Positions 13,918-27,739 are shown, counted from the stretch's first letter. The stretch: DNA of 64,000 nucleotides from Octopus bimaculoides (GCF_001194135.2 NC_068999.1:51966758-52030757), one strand, 5' to 3'. Notes: generated from the letters alone by a model not told the origin. Translations and numbers: made by a program.

Positions 13918-14355
13918 TAGTTGCAGGGATTGGTGTGTGATTAGAAGTTTGCTTCCCAATCATATGGTTTCAGGTTCAGTCCCACTGTGTAGCATCTTGG
14001 GTGAGTGGTGTCTTCTACTGTAGCCCTCTAACACACACAGACATATATATATATATATACATGTAAGTGTATATGTGTGCTTATATTTGTATATGTGTGT
14101 ATATATGCATGTGTGTGTAGATATATATGCGTTATTGTCCCCTTGCATTGACATTGTGTAATAGTTGTAAACCAGCATCACCATCATGCACCTTCATTTC
14201 CAATCTTCTGTGAAAACATGTCTTGCCATGAGAAAATATCACCTTACTTGAAAACAGGCAAGGATTGACAACAGGAAAAGCATCCAGTCATAGAAAATCT
14301 AACTTAACAAATTTTGTCCAACCCATATGGGCATGGAAAAATGGATGTTAAAACA
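13918..14355 (+). mobile_element. Family A head plus RTE-like tail (composite SINE)
   Basis: Head at 13918-14030, microsatellite, then GGCAAGGATTGACAACAGGAAAAGCATCCAG...GGATGTTAAAAC tail. Confidence 0.65.
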
Positions 14356-14484
14356 ATGTGGATTGTGTGAGAGAGAGTGAGACAGGCTCTCATACAGTTT
14401 CTGGTCATCAGATTTCACATATAAAGCATTGGTTAACCTAAGACTTTAGATGAAGACATTTACTGAAGGAGAATTTTTTTAGTC

Positions 14485-14797
14485 AAATGAATCGACCCCC
14501 AATACTTATTTTTTAAACCTGCTGCTTATTCTGTCGGTTTGTGCTAATGAACCGCTAAGTTATGGGGACATAAACACACCAGCAGCGGTAGCTGCCAGGC
14601 ATTGGTGGAGTAAAGACACACAGATACAGATATATACACACGATGGGCTTCTTTTAGTTTCCATCTATCAAATTCACTCCTAAGGCTCTGTTGGTCCAAG
14701 GCTATAGTAGAAGTCACTTGCCTAAGATGCTACACAGTGGGACTGAACACAAAACCATGTGGTTGGGAAGCAAGCTTCTTACCACACAGCCACACCT
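14485..14797 (-). mobile_element. Family A SINE
   Basis: Reverse complement match to the 7890 copy. Confidence 0.8.
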
Positions 14798-15271
14798 GTA
14801 TCTATCCACAGTCATAGATATATCCATAGAATGTTTTTCCAAAAGTATTTTAGGAATTACAGCTACATTGTTTGGTCTTAATGCTGTTCTATTATGATTA
14901 TATATTACAGCTAAAAGTCTCATTTCTCAGTGAAACTGCTGGCCTTGTGTCAAAATTTGCAACCAATATTAAATTTCAAGTAAACAAAGAGAAAATATTA
15001 AAAAGTTTTCAAGATATTTCTTTTTCCTTTTCTGTCTTTTTTTTTTTTAAACATATATATTTCTACTCCATGGTAAACAAAGTGGACAATCAAATGTTCT
15101 GGAGTCCATTGTTAATAAAAGAAGAATAAACTTCCTTTCTATCAAATTTTATAGAGTTGTATTAGACATGTCTGCACACCACAAAATAATAATTGTTTCT
15201 AGCATTGACACAAGGCTTGACATTGTGTGTGGTAGGCAAGTGGGGAGGGGAGAGTCAAATTAATCTCAGAA

Positions 15272-15645
15272 TAATAACAACAACAATACCAACAGATGAC
15301 TATGTTTCTCTAAAAGAAACAGAGAAACTTTCAAAATACAAAGATCTGGAAATAGAGGTAACTCGAATGTGGAGTCTAAAAACAGAAACAGCTCCCATCA
15401 TAATAGGCGCATTAGGTATGATAAAAAAATATTCAGACAAATACATAACAAAAACACCAGGACTTAATAATATATATAACATACAGAGAATAGCACTACT
15501 AGGCACCACACACATCCTACATAAAACACTTATATACAATAGAAATAAGAGCAGCACAACAAACCACAGCACACAGAGTTGCACTCGATGGTGCAGTGAA
15601 AGCTCATGATAAAATAAGACTACTGAATATTAGTAATAATAATAA
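15272..15645 (+). mobile_element. 5'-truncated R4/Dong-like non-LTR retrotransposon (RLE endonuclease C-terminus plus 3' UTR)
   Basis: IPTDDYVSLKETEKLSKYKDLEIEVTRMWSLKTETAPIIIGALG...IQRIALLGTTHILHK has the EK..KY.DL, GALG and ALLGT pattern of RLE-type elements; embedded in (TAA)n-like tracts. Confidence 0.8.
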
Positions 15646-15861
15646 TCCTTTCTACTAAAGGAACAAGGCCTGAAATTTGGGGGAGGAAGTAAGTTGATTG
15701 CATCAACCCCTGTACTCAACTGGTCCTTATTTCATTGACCCTGAAAGGATGAAAGGCAAAGTCAACCTCAGCGGAATTTGAACTCAGAATATAAAGATAG
15801 ACAAAATGTCACTAAGCATTTTGCCTGGCATGCTCATGATTCTGCCAGCTTACTGCCTTAA
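15645..15861 (-). mobile_element. Family B SINE within (AAT)n
   Basis: Reverse complement match to family B. Confidence 0.8.
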
Positions 15862-18516
15862 TAATAATAATAATAATTCTCAGTAATAATGAGTTCTAAC
15901 GTGTATCTATGAAAAAATTATTCATAGCTTAATTTTACCAAATATGGCATCAATATACTGAGATTGGAGGAGAGGGGGAATCAGTTTAAATACCTTTTTA
16001 AAATTAAATTTTTTATATTTTATGAAAGTTATTAAAGCAATGTTATTATTATGTGCAATTAGCTCATTATAGTAAACAATCTTATTTATAGATAGATCAT
16101 TTAATGTAATTTATCTGTGTGTAAACAAAACAAATTTATCCTCCCAAAAAATGTGATATATACACATACAGAATTCAGTTTTTGAAAGTATAAAGTTTTG
16201 TTTTTTCTTTGTCCGTTAGTAATATGGAAGTATCAACTCCTTTAGACTATCAATTTCACATTGTGTAACATACATCTAAATATTATAGAATGATTTTTCT
16301 TAGCTTTCTTAGAAATTCCCTTAAAGAATCTTTAAGTACCTTACCTTGTCAGTGCTTGTGTGTGTGTGTGTGTGTGTTTATGAGAGAGATGAGAAAGAGA
16401 AAGTGTATGCAATAAAAATAGGAGGGTGATTTCTCATTAAGAAGTAGCATGCTAATTTGATGTGATCAAAGAAATCTACCTGTCTACAAACTGTCTATAA
16501 TCTTGTTTAGTACTAAATGAAGAGAGTTGGGGGTAGGAGAGATAACATGTTGGTCATTGAAGAAATGTAATGTTTATCTGAGTAATGAGTTTGACTTTTT
16601 TGTGATTTTTGTTATCTGATAGTAAGTTTGTCACTGTTTACAAAAAAAAAAATTTTTAAAGCATACATTTGTATTGTTATAAATCAATTGGATGTTGTAT
16701 TTCAGTTAACACAGATTGTTTTACATTGTAATTGTTTCCTTTCAAAATAATAATAATAAAAGAGCAATTAAAATACTGATTTCTTTTGATCAGGCACAAG
16801 TGAAATTTTGTACAAGTAGAATATAGAGGATTGAATGTGACACAAATATATATATATATATANNNNNNNNNNNNNNNNNNNNNNNNNNNNNNNNNNNNNN
16901 NNNNNNNNNNNNNNNNNNNNNNNNNNNNNNNNNNNNNNNNNNNNNNNNNNNNNNNNNNNNNNNNNNNNNNNNNNNNNNNNNNNNNNNNNNNATATATAGT
17001 TGGTGCTTAATTTTTTGGACTTCAGAGAGGTAGAAGACAAAGTTGATTCATGCATAATTTGAACTTGGAACAGTCATATTTTAAAATAGTTACATTCAAT
17101 GTCCAATTTTCTTTTTCTTTTTAATATCTTCCTGACCAACAGCAGCTGAAATATTATTACTATTATCAAGGATACTTGGCAAGATGTTACTACATAAATA
17201 AAAAGCATTAGATTTGCGAGCTTGATCAGATGTTTATAGTTTCAAGTCCAAATTTCACCATGTTCAGCTTTGTTTTTTACTTCTTGTTTTGGTTAAAAAT
17301 CATTGAGAGCAATTGTCTTTAAGTGTTAAGTTTGATATAATAGTAAAACTCCATTTTTCTCTTCAGCTAGCTGTTAGTAATATGGGAGTCTTGTGTTGCT
17401 TCAAACCTTGTATAATCAAAGCATACCTTCCCTTATAATCAATCAGCACAGTTAAATTATGCGTTTGTCTGACAATGTTTAATCTCTTTTAGATGCAATT
17501 TATTTTATGCCATATTAGCAGCATGTGCATGTAATTGCTTCTTTCTGCAATAATTTAGTGATATATATTAGACATGTTGTTTGGACTGTGTCTACTGTAG
17601 GGGTGAACAGCTTGTAGATACTGGCAACAGAGCTGTTACTGTCTCTTGTTCATCAATTCATTTGGTTTGATATTGTCACCATGGAATCCACATTTAAACT
17701 AAGACAAGTGAAACCCTGTCACCACTATCCAGCAAATGTAGATACAGTCCAAAGAGCACCTTTAGCTTTTGTTGTGTTTCACTTTTGCAATAGCTTCTAT
17801 GATCTGCAATTCATTAAATACATCTTCACTAATTCTGAGCTTTTTCAACTTTGTAAACTTGTGTGTTTGTGTTAATAGATGAAAGCAGCTTAATTAATAA
17901 TGTAGTCAGGAGATTACTGAGTTGAACCAACACATACACTATTTTATTATCTTGGATCAGTGTAGTTTACTCAACATACCACGTTGTAATTTTAACTTAA
18001 GTATAACTACAAATCTCTGTAATGACTCATTCACAGTCCACTTCTTGTGCATATTTTATATACTGTTCGTGCACATTTGTCTACTTTTCCTGATGAATTG
18101 TAGTGCACCGGAGCACTGTACACAATAAGTTCATTATATATGACTATGTGGTTAAGAAGTTTGCTTCATAACAACATGGTTTGGGATTTTGTTCCATGTT
18201 GCACCTCAGGTGTCATCTACTATTGCATCAGATTGACTAATTCCATGAGGAGGAATATTGTAGATGAAAGGTGCAAGGTGCCTATTATATATGTATGCAT
18301 ATACACAAATGTGCATCACATATATTCCGTGTTCATCACTGCTGGGGCAAAGCATTGCTAATGTTGACATTATTGTTAGTTGCTATGTTGTTCAAACATC
18401 TGTGAAATAAAAATATCTCTCACTAGAAAAACAAGTAAGAATTGGCAACAAGAACAGCATCTAGCCATAAAATGCTACCTCAAATAAATCACCATGCTAG
18501 CATGGAAAAGTATAAG

Positions 18517-18729
18517 TACAAGGGAGTGCTGAAAAGTTGCTGGCTTTTAGGGTATTGCAAAAGGCCTAGTCGGATGCCCAACCTTCCGAGTTCTTTAACA
18601 AGGCCTAGAAAAACTGAAGGACCAAATGTGTGATTATCAGAGGGGAATATGTTAAATAAAATCATAATTAACTGATTCTCCTATATTTTCGTTTACCCAA
18701 AGCCAGGAACTTTTCAACACCCCCTTGTA
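18517..18729. mobile_element. Mariner-derived MITE
   Basis: TA-CAAGGGAGTGCTGAAAAGTTGCTGGCTTT at the left and its near reverse complement AAAGCCAGGAACTTTTCAACACCCCCTTG-TA at the right. Confidence 0.8.
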
Positions 18730-18875
18730 AAACACTGATGAACAAAATAGATACATTTCCCTCTTGTTGATTAGGAATGATTGATATTAAGAAAACTGTC
18801 CATCTGTAATGATATTTGTATTGAGAACACCTCAAACTGGTGTTTATCTATCTACCTATCTAAATAAATATATAT

Positions 18876-18983
18876 AATTATAAATAAGGGCAAAAAGAAA
18901 ATATTTTCTTTGCCAATATGCTGAAAAATATTTTCCAGCATATTGACAAAGACATTATTTCCTTTTTGCCCTTATTTATAGTT
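18876..18983. repeat. 108-bp palindrome
   Basis: AATTATAAATAAGGGCAAAAAG...CAATATGCTG / CAGCATATTG...CTTTTTGCCCTTATTTATAGTT. Confidence 0.8.
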
Positions 18984-19379
18984 GTATTCATAATTTTCAC
19001 CTTAAAAGGTGTTTTTCATATGCTGGCGGCCACTGATGAAATTTTTTAATAAAATTTTATCCTTATATTAGAAGTATATTTATATACACACACACACATA
19101 AATACATACACATACATCTTAACGAACTATTGTTAAGTTTGCATTATCTAGTGAGGAATTTACATATAAATGCTAGGTTTTTTATGAGACCCTTTCCATC
19201 GGAATGTCTTAGTCGTGTAGGTTTCAAGTACTACATCACCACAGTTTCTATGTGATCAAGTTTACAGTTTGAAAATATTTTTTTAATTTTTTTCCAAAGT
19301 GGAATATTTCAAGCAATATTTTATAAAATGAAATACATGTATTCCTTTTGGATGCCATAGTAAGTCTGTTTGTTCTAAA

Positions 19380-19411
<32 letters not shown>

Positions 19412-19737
19412 TGATGATGTTGAACTCTTTCTACTTAGTCTACAACTACTACAATAGCCTTTGCCTCTCTGAACTAGTTAGCTTTGTGCCCACCTCCATC
19501 TGACACACTCATCTCTTTTCTTCTCATTATGCCCATTGTCACACTCTAACCAGAGGTCACATAGTTAATAACTTTCACAATCCTTTCTTCTCCAAAGCAT
19601 CAAGTTGAACATCAACCATATCAGTCTTACTAGTTTTAGAGGCTCTGCAAAAGTCACAGTCACTGACGCTACCTTTTAATTAAACCATGATTTTATGTCT
19701 GTGTATAACATATGAAAGAAATTTAAAACTATTATTT

Positions 19738-19793
<56 letters not shown>

Positions 19794-19909
19794 ATAATGT
19801 TCACAGGCATGGCTATGTAGTTTAGCAGTTTGCTTTGCAACCAAGTAGTTTGGGGTTCAGTCGCATAGTGCAGCACCTTGGGTGTATATATATATATATA
19901 TATATTGAT

Positions 19910-20306
19910 TACCAACATCGCCTTCCTGGCACTTGGACACGTAAAAAGACATTCAAGCGAGTTCGTTGCCAGTGCCCCTGGACTGGCTCCTGTGCAAGTG
20001 GCATGTAAAATACACCAGTTTGAGCTTGGCCGTTGCCAGTACCTCCTGACTGGCCTTCGTGCCGGTGGCACGTAAAAGCACCCACTACACTCTGAGTGGT
20101 TGGCATTAGGAAGGGCATCCAGCTGTAGAAACTCTGCCAAATCAGATTGGAGCCTGGNNNNNNNNNNAGGGCATCCAGCTGTAGAAACTCTGCCAAATCA
20201 GATTGGAGCCTGGTGTAGCCATCTGGTTCACCAGTCCTCAGTCAAATCGTCCAATCCATGCTCGCATGGAAAGCGGACATTAAACGATGATGATGATGAT
20301 GATGAT
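19910..20306 (+). mobile_element. Family C element with internal tandem subunits
   Basis: GTGGCATGTAAAATACAC-type subunits followed by the family C tail; contains a 10-N gap. Confidence 0.8.
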
Positions 20307-20530
20307 CAACCAGATTATTTAATGTTATAAATTGCTGGTCACAATGCACTTTGCATCATGTAGCTTTCAAATGATTCTACTCCACTGGCTGGGAGTGCAA
20401 GCCATATTTATACACACACAGACAGTGAGAGAGAGAGATGTGGGTCTGCATCAGTATTTATATATTCCACCTGTAAATTATTTGGCCTTGTGCCAATGTT
20501 AGAAAAAATTACTATTATCATTATTATGAT

Positions 20531-20930
20531 TATTAAGGTAGTGAATTGGTAAGATAAAAGTTGTCAGAAAAATTATGTTCTGAGTTCAAATCCCGTTAAG
20601 GTTATCTTTGTCTTTCATCCTTTCAGGGCTGATAAAAGAAATTACCAGCTCATGTACTGGGGTCAATATATTAACTAACCCCTCTCCCTAACATTTCAGA
20701 CTGTGTGCCTATTTTGGAAACTATTATTAAATAGAGCATTAGAAACAAAAATCTCTTGCATTACATAGTTACTTCCCTTGATGTTCTGATTTCAAATTCC
20801 ACTGAGATCAACTTTGTCTTTCCTCCTTCCAGGGACTCATAAAATGAGTAGCAGTCGAGTATTGGGGATGATACTGTCAACTATGTTCTCCCTCCCCCAT
20901 GAATGTTTTCCCCTTATGCCTATATGTGAA
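20531..20930 (+). mobile_element. Two tandem family B SINEs
   Basis: Two B-box plus central-domain units. Confidence 0.7.
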
Positions 20931-20939
20931 ATAAATCAT

Positions 20940-21360
20940 ACACAAGCATGGCTGTATGGTTGAGAAGGTTGATTCCCAGTCTTGTGGTCTTTGGTTCAGT
21001 ACCATTGCTAGACATTTTAGGCCAGTGTCTTCTACTATAGCCTCATGCTGACCAAAGCCTTGGAAGTGGATTTGGTAGACGGAAACTGAAAGATACTCAT
21101 CATATATGCATGTATGTATGTGTGTACCTTTATCAAGACATTGTGTTGGTTTAAATGAGCATCGCCATCATACGAGCAAGAGTGTTCATTTTCAGTCTTC
21201 CACATAATGTGTCTGGCCATGGGGAAATATCACCTGGCTTGTAAGCAGGTGAGGGTTGGCAATAGGAAGGGCATCCAACTGTAGAAAATTTCCTCTTGAT
21301 AAATTCCATTTCACCCATGCAAGCATGGAAAACTGGATGTTAAAACAACGATGGTGATGA
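20940..21360 (+). mobile_element. Family A head plus RTE-like tail (composite SINE)
   Basis: Same organisation as the 13918 copy. Confidence 0.7.
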
Positions 21361-22029
21361 CACCTTCCATATCCTCATTGTTACTATCATGCCTTCCACT
21401 TCTTATCGATCACCACCACCACCACTCTCCTTTCCGTCGCCTTCTCAGCATGCTGTAATTATATATTTCCATGTAATTGTAGCAAAATAAAATAATGCTG
21501 TTTTCAGAGTTTGCAGAATCTGTGTTAAGTGTGGAATCTAAATTTAATTGAATGAGCTTCAATAAAATTTGTTTATTCAGACTTACCAAAATAGGAAATG
21601 CTGTTCAATATTTTGTTAGGTGGTCTAGCTAGAATTTGATCTCTCTCTCATTATATACATATATATCATTTTCACATCTGCTTTCCATGCTCACTGCTCA
21701 CACACACACACATACATATATATATATAATATGTATATATAGGAAAATGAAAAATAATAATAAGGTAGAATGCTAAACTGGAAGCATATTTTAATAAAGA
21801 TATCTAACCGGCTTTCATTGTGAAGCAAATTTTCAAGAGGAAGATGAATGAAAATGTTTTTTACAAAGAAGTACAAAATGAAGAAAATAATATATAAAAA
21901 AGATTTATATAAAAAAATAAATATACCAATACATTATATTGTCTTTGAGCTTTTGAAGTTCAATGGTAATTCATGTATATAATGGATGGAAAAATAAGGA
22001 TGCATGAGAATTGAGATTTGTGTTAGGTT

Positions 22030-22220
22030 TAAAAAAAGTGCTAAAAGTTTGTTAAGCAGGAAGTGTGGTGTCAAAACAGGAAGTGTGTGTAAGAGGAGAC
22101 AAATGTTTTTAGTTGGAGTTATGAACTCTTTTTCAACAGGAAGTTTTGTCTCCCCTTACACACACTTCCTGTTTTGACACCACACTTCCTGCTTAACACA
22201 AACTTTTAGTACTTTTTTTA
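22030..22220. repeat. Near-perfect inverted repeat (~74 bp arms, ~41 nt loop)
   Basis: 22030-22103 vs 22145-22220: two substitutions and one 2-nt indel. Confidence 0.88.
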
Positions 22221-22553
22221 NNNNNNNNNNNNNNNNNNNNNNNNNNNNNNNNNNNNNNNNNNNNNNNNNNNNNNNNNNNNNNNNNNNNNNNNNNNNNNNN
22301 NNNNNNNNNNNNNNNNNNNNNNNNNNNNNNNNNNNNNNNNNNNNNNNNNNNNNNNNNNNNNNNNNNNNNNNNNNNNNNNNNNNNNNNNNNNNNNNNNNNN
22401 NNNNNNNNNNNNNNNNNNNNNNNNNNNNNNNNNNNNNNNNNNNNNNNNNNNNNNNNNNNNNNNNNNNNNNNNNNNNNNNNNNNNNNNNNNNNNNNNNNNN
22501 NNNNNNNNNNNNNNNNNNNNNNNNNNNNNNNNNNNNNNNNNNNNNNNNNNNNN

Positions 22554-22590
<37 letters not shown>

Positions 22591-24149
22591 CACAGTGCCA
22601 CAAAATTGATTTATTTGTCCCCAACACAGATAAACTTCAGTCTAAAGAGGTGGAGCCATAGAAATTGCCTGTGACTTACATATTGACTTTTTTCATTTGG
22701 CCTTCCAGCCAAATTAGCATATTGACATTGTGATTTTCTCATATATCATGGTTTTGTTGTGTTGTTTGAAATGAAATAGAAAAAGTTTCTCTCTCAAACT
22801 ATCCATATTGGTAATTCCTTGCAACTACTGAAAATCTGGCTTGTGAATGAGGAAGTACGTTTTTTTTTTTTGTTTGTTTGTTTTTTGTTTTTTTTTTGTA
22901 ATGCTGGTCAGGTAGCAAGAGAATGGTTTGTCAGTGTTAACTTATTTTGCAGTATCTGATATGGACATGATTCATTACAATATCTACACATCTGTCCACT
23001 TGTTCTTAACTCCTTTTCATTCCTCTTATATCATGTCACCCCCTCCCCCATTTCTTTGAATCGTTGGTGGAACCATGATGTTCTGATAATCTGATGAACT
23101 AGCTTTCTTTATTTGCATTGGTTTGTGAATATACAATTGTATAATGCATAACATGCATATTAATGCAAAACATCTAAACATCATTTCTTTTACACTGAAA
23201 TTATTACTACATGAAGAGGGTTGTGAAACAGCTGTAATCATAAGGATGTCAAATGGTTAAATATATTCATCTCTCATACCACTATATATATATAGTGGTA
23301 CATAAAAGCAACAACACTGTCCCAGTTGCAGGAGCATTACTGCATTCTATAATTTTGTTTTTTTAATTTTCTCATGGCCTACACATATCTTACATATAAA
23401 ACAATATCTTTGAGTATTCCTCCAACCACATTTCCATCATTGGCAATGCTGATATAAACAAAAACTACAGATATCTTGGCACAAGTTATTATCTAATATT
23501 TAGAAAATATCCAAAGCACTATTTTTAGTGCCAGGATTAGCAAATTTCTAGAAAACAAAATAAAAAACTTTTCTAAAATCTTTGAACTTCTACAAAACTA
23601 ACATTTATGTTTTTATTTCCTTTTTTTTTTTTTTTTTTTTGTAAATATTAGTCATACTATATATTGAAATGTTTTATGTGGTGACAATTATTGAAATACC
23701 CATAAGGAAAGTATATTTCATTAATAAGTGTGTTAATATTTGAATTTATTGACATTAATTAGTATCTGAGTTTGAACTAACTGAATTTATTTCATTCCAT
23801 TTCATTGTTGAGTTAATGTAGTCAAAATCATTACTTGGTTGAATCTCATCGAGATGTTTCATGCTTTTATGGCAATACATAAAAAACGCATTGCACTTCT
23901 AAGAATCGATCAATCGGTTTGTGTCAAGATAGAATAGTCAACTTGTCTGTTGCATTTAATATAAAGGTTAAAATATAATTTTCCAATTGACAAACTGTTA
24001 CTACCTTTTCAAAATATCAAATGCACCTCTAAAACTCTGTATGTTTTCCCATAAATGTTACTCACCTGTCCCTTTTATCTTTGCCTTTGCTGAATTACCA
24101 ATATTATTCTCATTATTTTGTGAAAATTGACAATATATTTTTATGGGTG

Positions 24150-24510
24150 GTAAAATGGGCAGAGTCAGTGGAGCATTAGATGAAATACCTTATGGCATTT
24201 ATTCCAGCATTCAGAGTTCAAATCCTGCCTATGTCAATTTGCCTTTCATCCTTTCAGGGTTGAAAAAATTAACAGTTTAGGGCAGGCAGATTCATTACAG
24301 TGTCTGACTGAATCACTTGTGCTTTCAGCTCCAACTTTTTACATTCTGAGTTCAAATCCCACCAAGGTCGATTTTACTTTCCATCCTGGAAGAATGGGAA
24401 AAATAAGTACCACTCTAGGACTAATAGACTGGTAGAATTGATAGAGCATCAGACAGTAAGGCTTGCAGTATTTATTCTGATTCATTGCATTTTAAGTTCG
24501 AAACCTGCCA
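24150..24510 (+). mobile_element. Three partial family B SINE heads
   Basis: Repeated GAGTTCAAATCC / AAGTTCGAAACC units with central-domain remnants. Confidence 0.62.
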
Positions 24511-25284
24511 TGGGTTGGTCCTTGGATACCTTTAGCAGAGTCTACTGTTGTAAACATTTGGGCCAGTTCTCTAGTTTGAGGATACCTTCCTCTTCCTCTC
24601 TCTTTTCCTAGTCTGAGAGGTTCTAAAAAGAGTCATGGGCACTGCCTTTCCTCCCTATCTAAATGATAAAAAATAAAATCTTGTTCACAAAATTCTGGGT
24701 ATATATCGAATTATCTTAATCAACCATGAATTTAATATTTGCTTGATCAAATTATAAATTCCTCTCTGTCTCTCATATGTATATAGTATACACACATTTC
24801 CTGGATTACACTACTTTCTGTCTGTCATCCATCCCTCTATCCTCTTTTCTTGTTGTCCTAAATATACAGATAAACCTCAGAATACTGATCCCCCCCATCA
24901 CTATTACTCACCACCACCACCCACTCCTATCGTACAATCTTCTTCTCACTATCATTCATTCTTGCCTCACACCTTGTAAAAGAAACTAGTAACAAGGTCA
25001 TGAGATCTGTTTAGTCTTGTCAAGGACCATAGCACCTCTCTGGTGCCTGTGCTACAAAAAAAAAATGCATCCAGTACACTCTATAAAGTGATTAGTGTTA
25101 AGGGCATTGAGCCCTGGAAACCAAGCTAAAAATGAAATGTGAGCAATATGCAATCCTTCGCACTTGTCTAGATGTGCGCAGGGCCCCTGAATAAGTGCTG
25201 ACCCTGAATGTGGTTGACACTTTCCATGTTTGGAAAGCAAATATAAAATGATGCTGGTGTGTGTGTGTGTGTGTGTGTATTCTA

Positions 25285-25470
25285 TTTGTTTCAGTCAGCC
25301 ATGCTGGAGCACCACCTTAAAGGGTTTTAGTCAAGGAAATCAACTCCAAGACTTATTCTTTGTAAGTCGAGTACTTATTCTATTGGACTGTTTTGCTGAA
25401 CTGCTAAGTTACAGGGACATAAACACACCAGCATCGGTTTTCAAGTGATGGTAGGGGGCAAACACACGCG

Positions 25471-25503
<33 letters not shown>

Positions 25504-25710
25504 ACACACACACACACACATGTATGTATAATGTGTGTGTGTGTGTGTGATGGGCTCCTTCCAGTTTCCATCCACTAGATTCACTCACATGGCTTTGGTC
25601 AACCCAAGGCTATAGTAGAAGACACTTGCCCAAGGTGTCACACAGTGGGACTGAACCCAGAACCATGTGGTTGAAAAGCAAGCTTCTTATCACACAGCCA
25701 CATTTGCACC
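25285..25710 (-). mobile_element. Family A SINE, full length
   Basis: Head, core, (CA)n and tail on the minus strand. Confidence 0.8.
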
Positions 25711-27708
25711 TATATTTATATAGATGTGTGTGTGTGTGTGTACTTATGTATATCTTTTCTATCTCTTCTCCCCTCTCTCTCTCTCTCTCTCTCTCCTCTT
25801 TCTCTCATTAAAACTTTTACTGCATTTCATATTTAATCATTGAAACCTCTTAGTATAGTCTAAATCCTTTCCTTATTGTCATCGTTCCTTCCATACGTTC
25901 TCTAAGCTATACAGATATTAAAATCATCTCATCTCATCTACACATATGCAAACCATTCCTTTGAAGGATTATTGATTTATAATTAACTTATTATTACTGA
26001 AAATTATTTTGATTTATCTTTTTTTTTTATTTGATTATTCATTTATCTTTTTTTTAATCTATCTTGATGTATAGAATTATTTTGCGTATTCAAAGAGTGT
26101 GTCAGTAATTTTACGAGACCAGTCTGAACTAAACCATCCACTTCTCACTCAGTGAAAACTCTTTGATCATGATCGTTAATAAGTTATGTCTGCCCTCAGC
26201 CTCTTCTGCCATTTCTATAATTTTGTAACTGCTACCCTTATCCAAATTCTCACTCAGAAACTATCTGTAATGCATGCTTTTTTTTTTTTTTTTCTTCAAC
26301 CACGCTGACTCTTTTTTTCTTGTTGTGTCTGTCTTGAGATCACTTGCTCCCTCCCTTCTTCCCTCCCCTGCTTGTGTTATCCTTCCAGTTTGTCATCTTT
26401 AACAGCTCAAATGCAACACTAACTGCACTGACTTCTTATGCCAAAATTCTTACATTAGCTTTCTATGGATTAGCAAATATAAAAGAAAAAAATAGTGNNN
26501 NNNNNNNNNNNNNNNNNNNNNNNNNNNNNNNNNNNNNNNNNNNNNNNNNNNNNNNNNNNNNNNNNNNNNNNNNNNNNNNNNNNNNNNNNNNNNNNNNNNN
26601 NNNNNNNNNNNNNNNNNNNNNNNNNNNNNNNNNNNNNNNNNNNNNNNNNNNNNNNNNNNNNNNNNNNNNNNNNNNNNNNNNNNNNNNNNNNNNNNNNNNN
26701 NNNNNNNNNNNNNNNNNNNNNNNNNNNNNNNNNNNNNNNNNNNNNNNNNNNNNNNNNNNNNNNNNNNNNNNNNNNNNNNNNNNNNNNNNNNNNNNNNNNN
26801 NNNNNNNNNNNNNNNNNNNNNNNNNNNNNNNNNNNNNNNNNNNNNNNNNNNNNNNNNNNNNNNNNNNNNNNNNNNNNNNNNNNNNNNNNNNNNNNNNNNN
26901 NNNNNNNNNNNNNNNNNNNNNNNNNNNNNNNNNNNNNNNNNNNNNNNNNNNNNNNNNNNNNNNNNNNNNNNNNNNNNNNNNNNNNNNNNNNNNNNNNNNN
27001 NNNNNNNNNNNNNNNNNNNNNNNNNNNNNNNNNNNNNNNNNNNNNNNNNNNNNNNNNNNNNNNNNNNNNNNNNNNNNNNNNNNNNNNNNNNNNNNNNNNN
27101 NNNNNNNNNNNNNNNNNNNNNNNNNNNNNNNNNNNNNNNNNNNNNNNNNNNNNNNNNNNNNNNNNNNNNNNNNNNNNNNNNTGTGTTTTTTTTTTGTTTA
27201 TCATTTTGGATGCTTTGTTGTTTTTGCTTTTGTGAGGCACAGTGCTTTCTTTTAATTTTTTTTTTTTTTTCTCTTCTTAGAAAATCTGGTAATTGTATAA
27301 AAATCCTATATAACTTAAGATGCCTGTTGTTGTTATTGTTGTTGTTGATGATGATGTCAAATAAAACATCAACTTTCTTTTCTTTTAGAACTATATATAT
27401 TTTTCTTTTTGTCTGTGTGTCCGGAATGTCACCAGTCTTGAACTCAAACAGGTTTGGACCAGAAATTATCTTGTTTAGTTTTTTTTTTTAAACTTCTTGC
27501 ATAATTATGTTTAATTGATCTATTTTCTCATTTATGTTAATTGGTCTATTTCTCTTGGGAATGTTTTGTTTTTGGCTTTCAGTGATCCTAATTAAAGACA
27601 AAAGAAAAAAGAAAAATCTTAGCCTTGAGCCATTCTTTTGTCTTAAACTTTATTTCAGTAAAATTAGTGCATCTTGTATGATCTAATTCACTAAGAAATT
27701 TCTTTTAG

Positions 27709-27739
<31 letters not shown>

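Noticed and set aside
18089-18135. CTGATGA followed by a hairpin
   Set aside because: GAAA core and stem I are missing.
20110-20215. Direct duplication on both sides of a 10-N gap
   Set aside because: Identical overlap across a gap indicates an unmerged contig overlap.
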